Assembly: GCA_016303065.1 (NCBI GenBank)
Contig: JAEDMJ010000003.1
Span: forward strand, 9,552 to 73,551
Source: Clostridiales bacterium
GTDB lineage: Bacteria; Bacillota; Clostridia; Oscillospirales; QAMX01
Direction: 5' to 3'
DNA length: 64,000 bases
Below the pieces are notes generated by a model that ran no database searches, was not told the DNA's origin, and was given only the letters and a program-made list of their open reading frames with translations. Below are positions 62,951 to 64,000 of this stretch, piece after piece; the first letter of the stretch is position 1; each line of letters opens with the position of its first letter. The translations under genes were made by a program, and so were the position numbers.

Positions 62951-63810
62951 ACCTTTTTGCCCTTGTACATCCGGGCAAGGTCACGGTAGTTGATCAGCTT
63001 GATCCCCTGAGCTTCAATGTGCGCTCTTGTCGCAGGGTCGGCAAAGAGGCGGTACTCCCAGACGCGTCTGAACCAGACGCTTGAAGTGTTTTTAAGCTCG
63101 TCGCACTCGGCGGACGGGTGGATATATGTTTCCACGATCCCGTCGGGACAGTTCTCAAACCGGGTCAGCATATAGTCCCGGAAGTTCTCGTAGCTGTCCG
63201 ACTGGGGGCCCTGCCAGCTGTGCTCCCAAAGATGGTCGAGAATCGGAACGCCGAACGAATCCGCAGCGGCGGCAAGCCTCGTCACCGTCTCCTGCGGGAT
63301 ACCCTGTTTTTCCGGCGCAAATCTCATCATTCTGAATGGCAGATCGTTCTCGGCGCAGATCTTGTAGACCGTGTCGAGAAAATCCCGTCCGCTTTCCAGA
63401 CCGTAAAGGGAGCCCATGTGGTTGTCAAGATGGGACGGCTCGAGCCCGTAGAATCTGGCAAGGGCGAGCTGGGCGCGGATCTCCGCTTCGACCTCGGAAA
63501 CAACCGCGTCGCGCTCAAAGGTATCGCAGTGCAAATGCATAAAGCCGCTTTCGTCCCGAAGAGAGGAATTCGCTCCCTCGGAGACCGGGCGCCATTTATA
63601 TTTTCCCCATTCGCTTGTGAAAGTAAGGTGTATACCTATGGCGAACTCCGGATGCTTCGCGGCGTACATAAGGGCTTCCGGCGCCCAGCCGCAGGGAGTC
63701 ATCACCGTTGCGGATGTGACCCCGCCGTTTTCCAGCAGATCGAACACCGCAGTATTTGCCGCGTGGCACATTCCGAAGTCATCGCAGTTTATGATGAGAT
63801 ATTTATCCAT
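62947..63810 (-). CDS. ChbG/YdjC family carbohydrate deacetylase
   Basis: ..LIINCDDFGMCHAANTAVFDLLENGGVTSATVM.. YdjC opening and ..HLDNHM.. motif. Confidence 0.8.
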   Translation of the reverse strand: MDKYLIINCDDFGMCHAANTAVFDLLENGGVTSATVMTPCGWAPEALMYAAKHPEFAIGIHLTFTSEWGKYKWRPVSEGANSSLRDESGFMHLHCDTFERDAVVSEVEAEIRAQLALARFYGLEPSHLDNHMGSLYGLESGRDFLDTVYKICAENDLPFRMMRFAPEKQGIPQETVTRLAAAADSFGVPILDHLWEHSWQGPQSDSYENFRDYMLTRFENCPDGIVETYIHPSAECDELKNTSSVWFRRVWEYRLFADPATRAHIEAQGIKLINYRDLARMYKGKKV

Positions 63811-63818
63811 AGTCTTTT

Positions 63819-64000
63819 TTACTTTATGACCGTGCCGACGGTGGCGCCGCAGCAGGCGTTGGCTTCGTCGACGTCAATGTGCATGGTGTCCGCAAAAGTC
63901 GGGCTGACACGAACAACGACCTCGTCAAAAGTGAGGGCGCGGTCGCCTTCGACGCGAACCTTGACGATCTGCTTGTCGGAGAGGCCGTACTTCTCAGCGG
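63819..64000 (-). CDS. pduL: Phosphate propanoyltransferase PduL-like protein (C-terminal 59 codons; 5' end outside the window)
   Basis: Minus-strand frame reads ..AEKYGLSDKQIVKVRVEGDRALTFDEVVVRVSPTFADTMHIDVDEANACCGATVGTVIK*, which matches the PduL repeat ending. Confidence 0.55.
   Translation of the reverse strand, partial: AEKYGLSDKQIVKVRVEGDRALTFDEVVVRVSPTFADTMHIDVDEANACCGATVGTVIK

Overview
By eye this is a GC-rich (not computed), very gene-dense chromosomal segment of a Firmicutes/Clostridia-type genome. Supporting signs are PolC-type DNA polymerase III, the gdpP-rplI pairing, CotH, strong GGAGG-type ribosome-binding sites and TTGACA/TATAAT promoters.

I support about 60 protein genes, 2 tRNAs (Asp-GTC, Thr-GGT), several stem-loop terminators and a few canonical promoters. 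I see no CRISPR array, rRNA, transposase, integrase or phage genes.

Content:
- Housekeeping blocks: feoB; yebC; cca; cinA-thiI-nifS; infC-rpmI-rplT; rnz; rplI-gdpP; polC-ispG-rseP-dxr-cdsA-uppS-frr-pyrH; ruvX; rsmI; proBA.
- Glycan-foraging enzymes interleaved with these: GH42 beta-galactosidase, GH29 fucosidase, GH38 mannosidase, Gfo/Idh/MocA oxidoreductases, a TIM-barrel isomerase-like protein and a YdjC deacetylase.
- A MacB-type tripartite ABC exporter.

Most interesting candidates:
1. A translationally coupled CotH kinase-fold / VTC (triphosphate-tunnel) / DUF4956 membrane-protein trio at 16668-19569. It sits inside a nearly gap-free 7-gene string. It has the parts list of a polyphosphate synthesis/translocation machine, but I know of no assigned function.
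2. An overlapping rsmI / divergent Tgt-family / FmrO(ArmA-Rmt)-family 16S rRNA G1405 methyltransferase operon at 51398-54138. It places a base-exchange-fold enzyme between two enzymes that modify helix 44 of 16S rRNA.
3. An ABC ATPase with an AbrB/SpoVT-like C-terminal tail.
4. A fully equipped small-ORF locus (promoter, leader hairpin, RBS, GTGA-coupled second ORF, terminator) at 54600-54910.
5. An exactly repeated 36-nt palindromic intergenic element.

All family assignments come from reading the translated ORFs and recalling family signatures. No database search was run.
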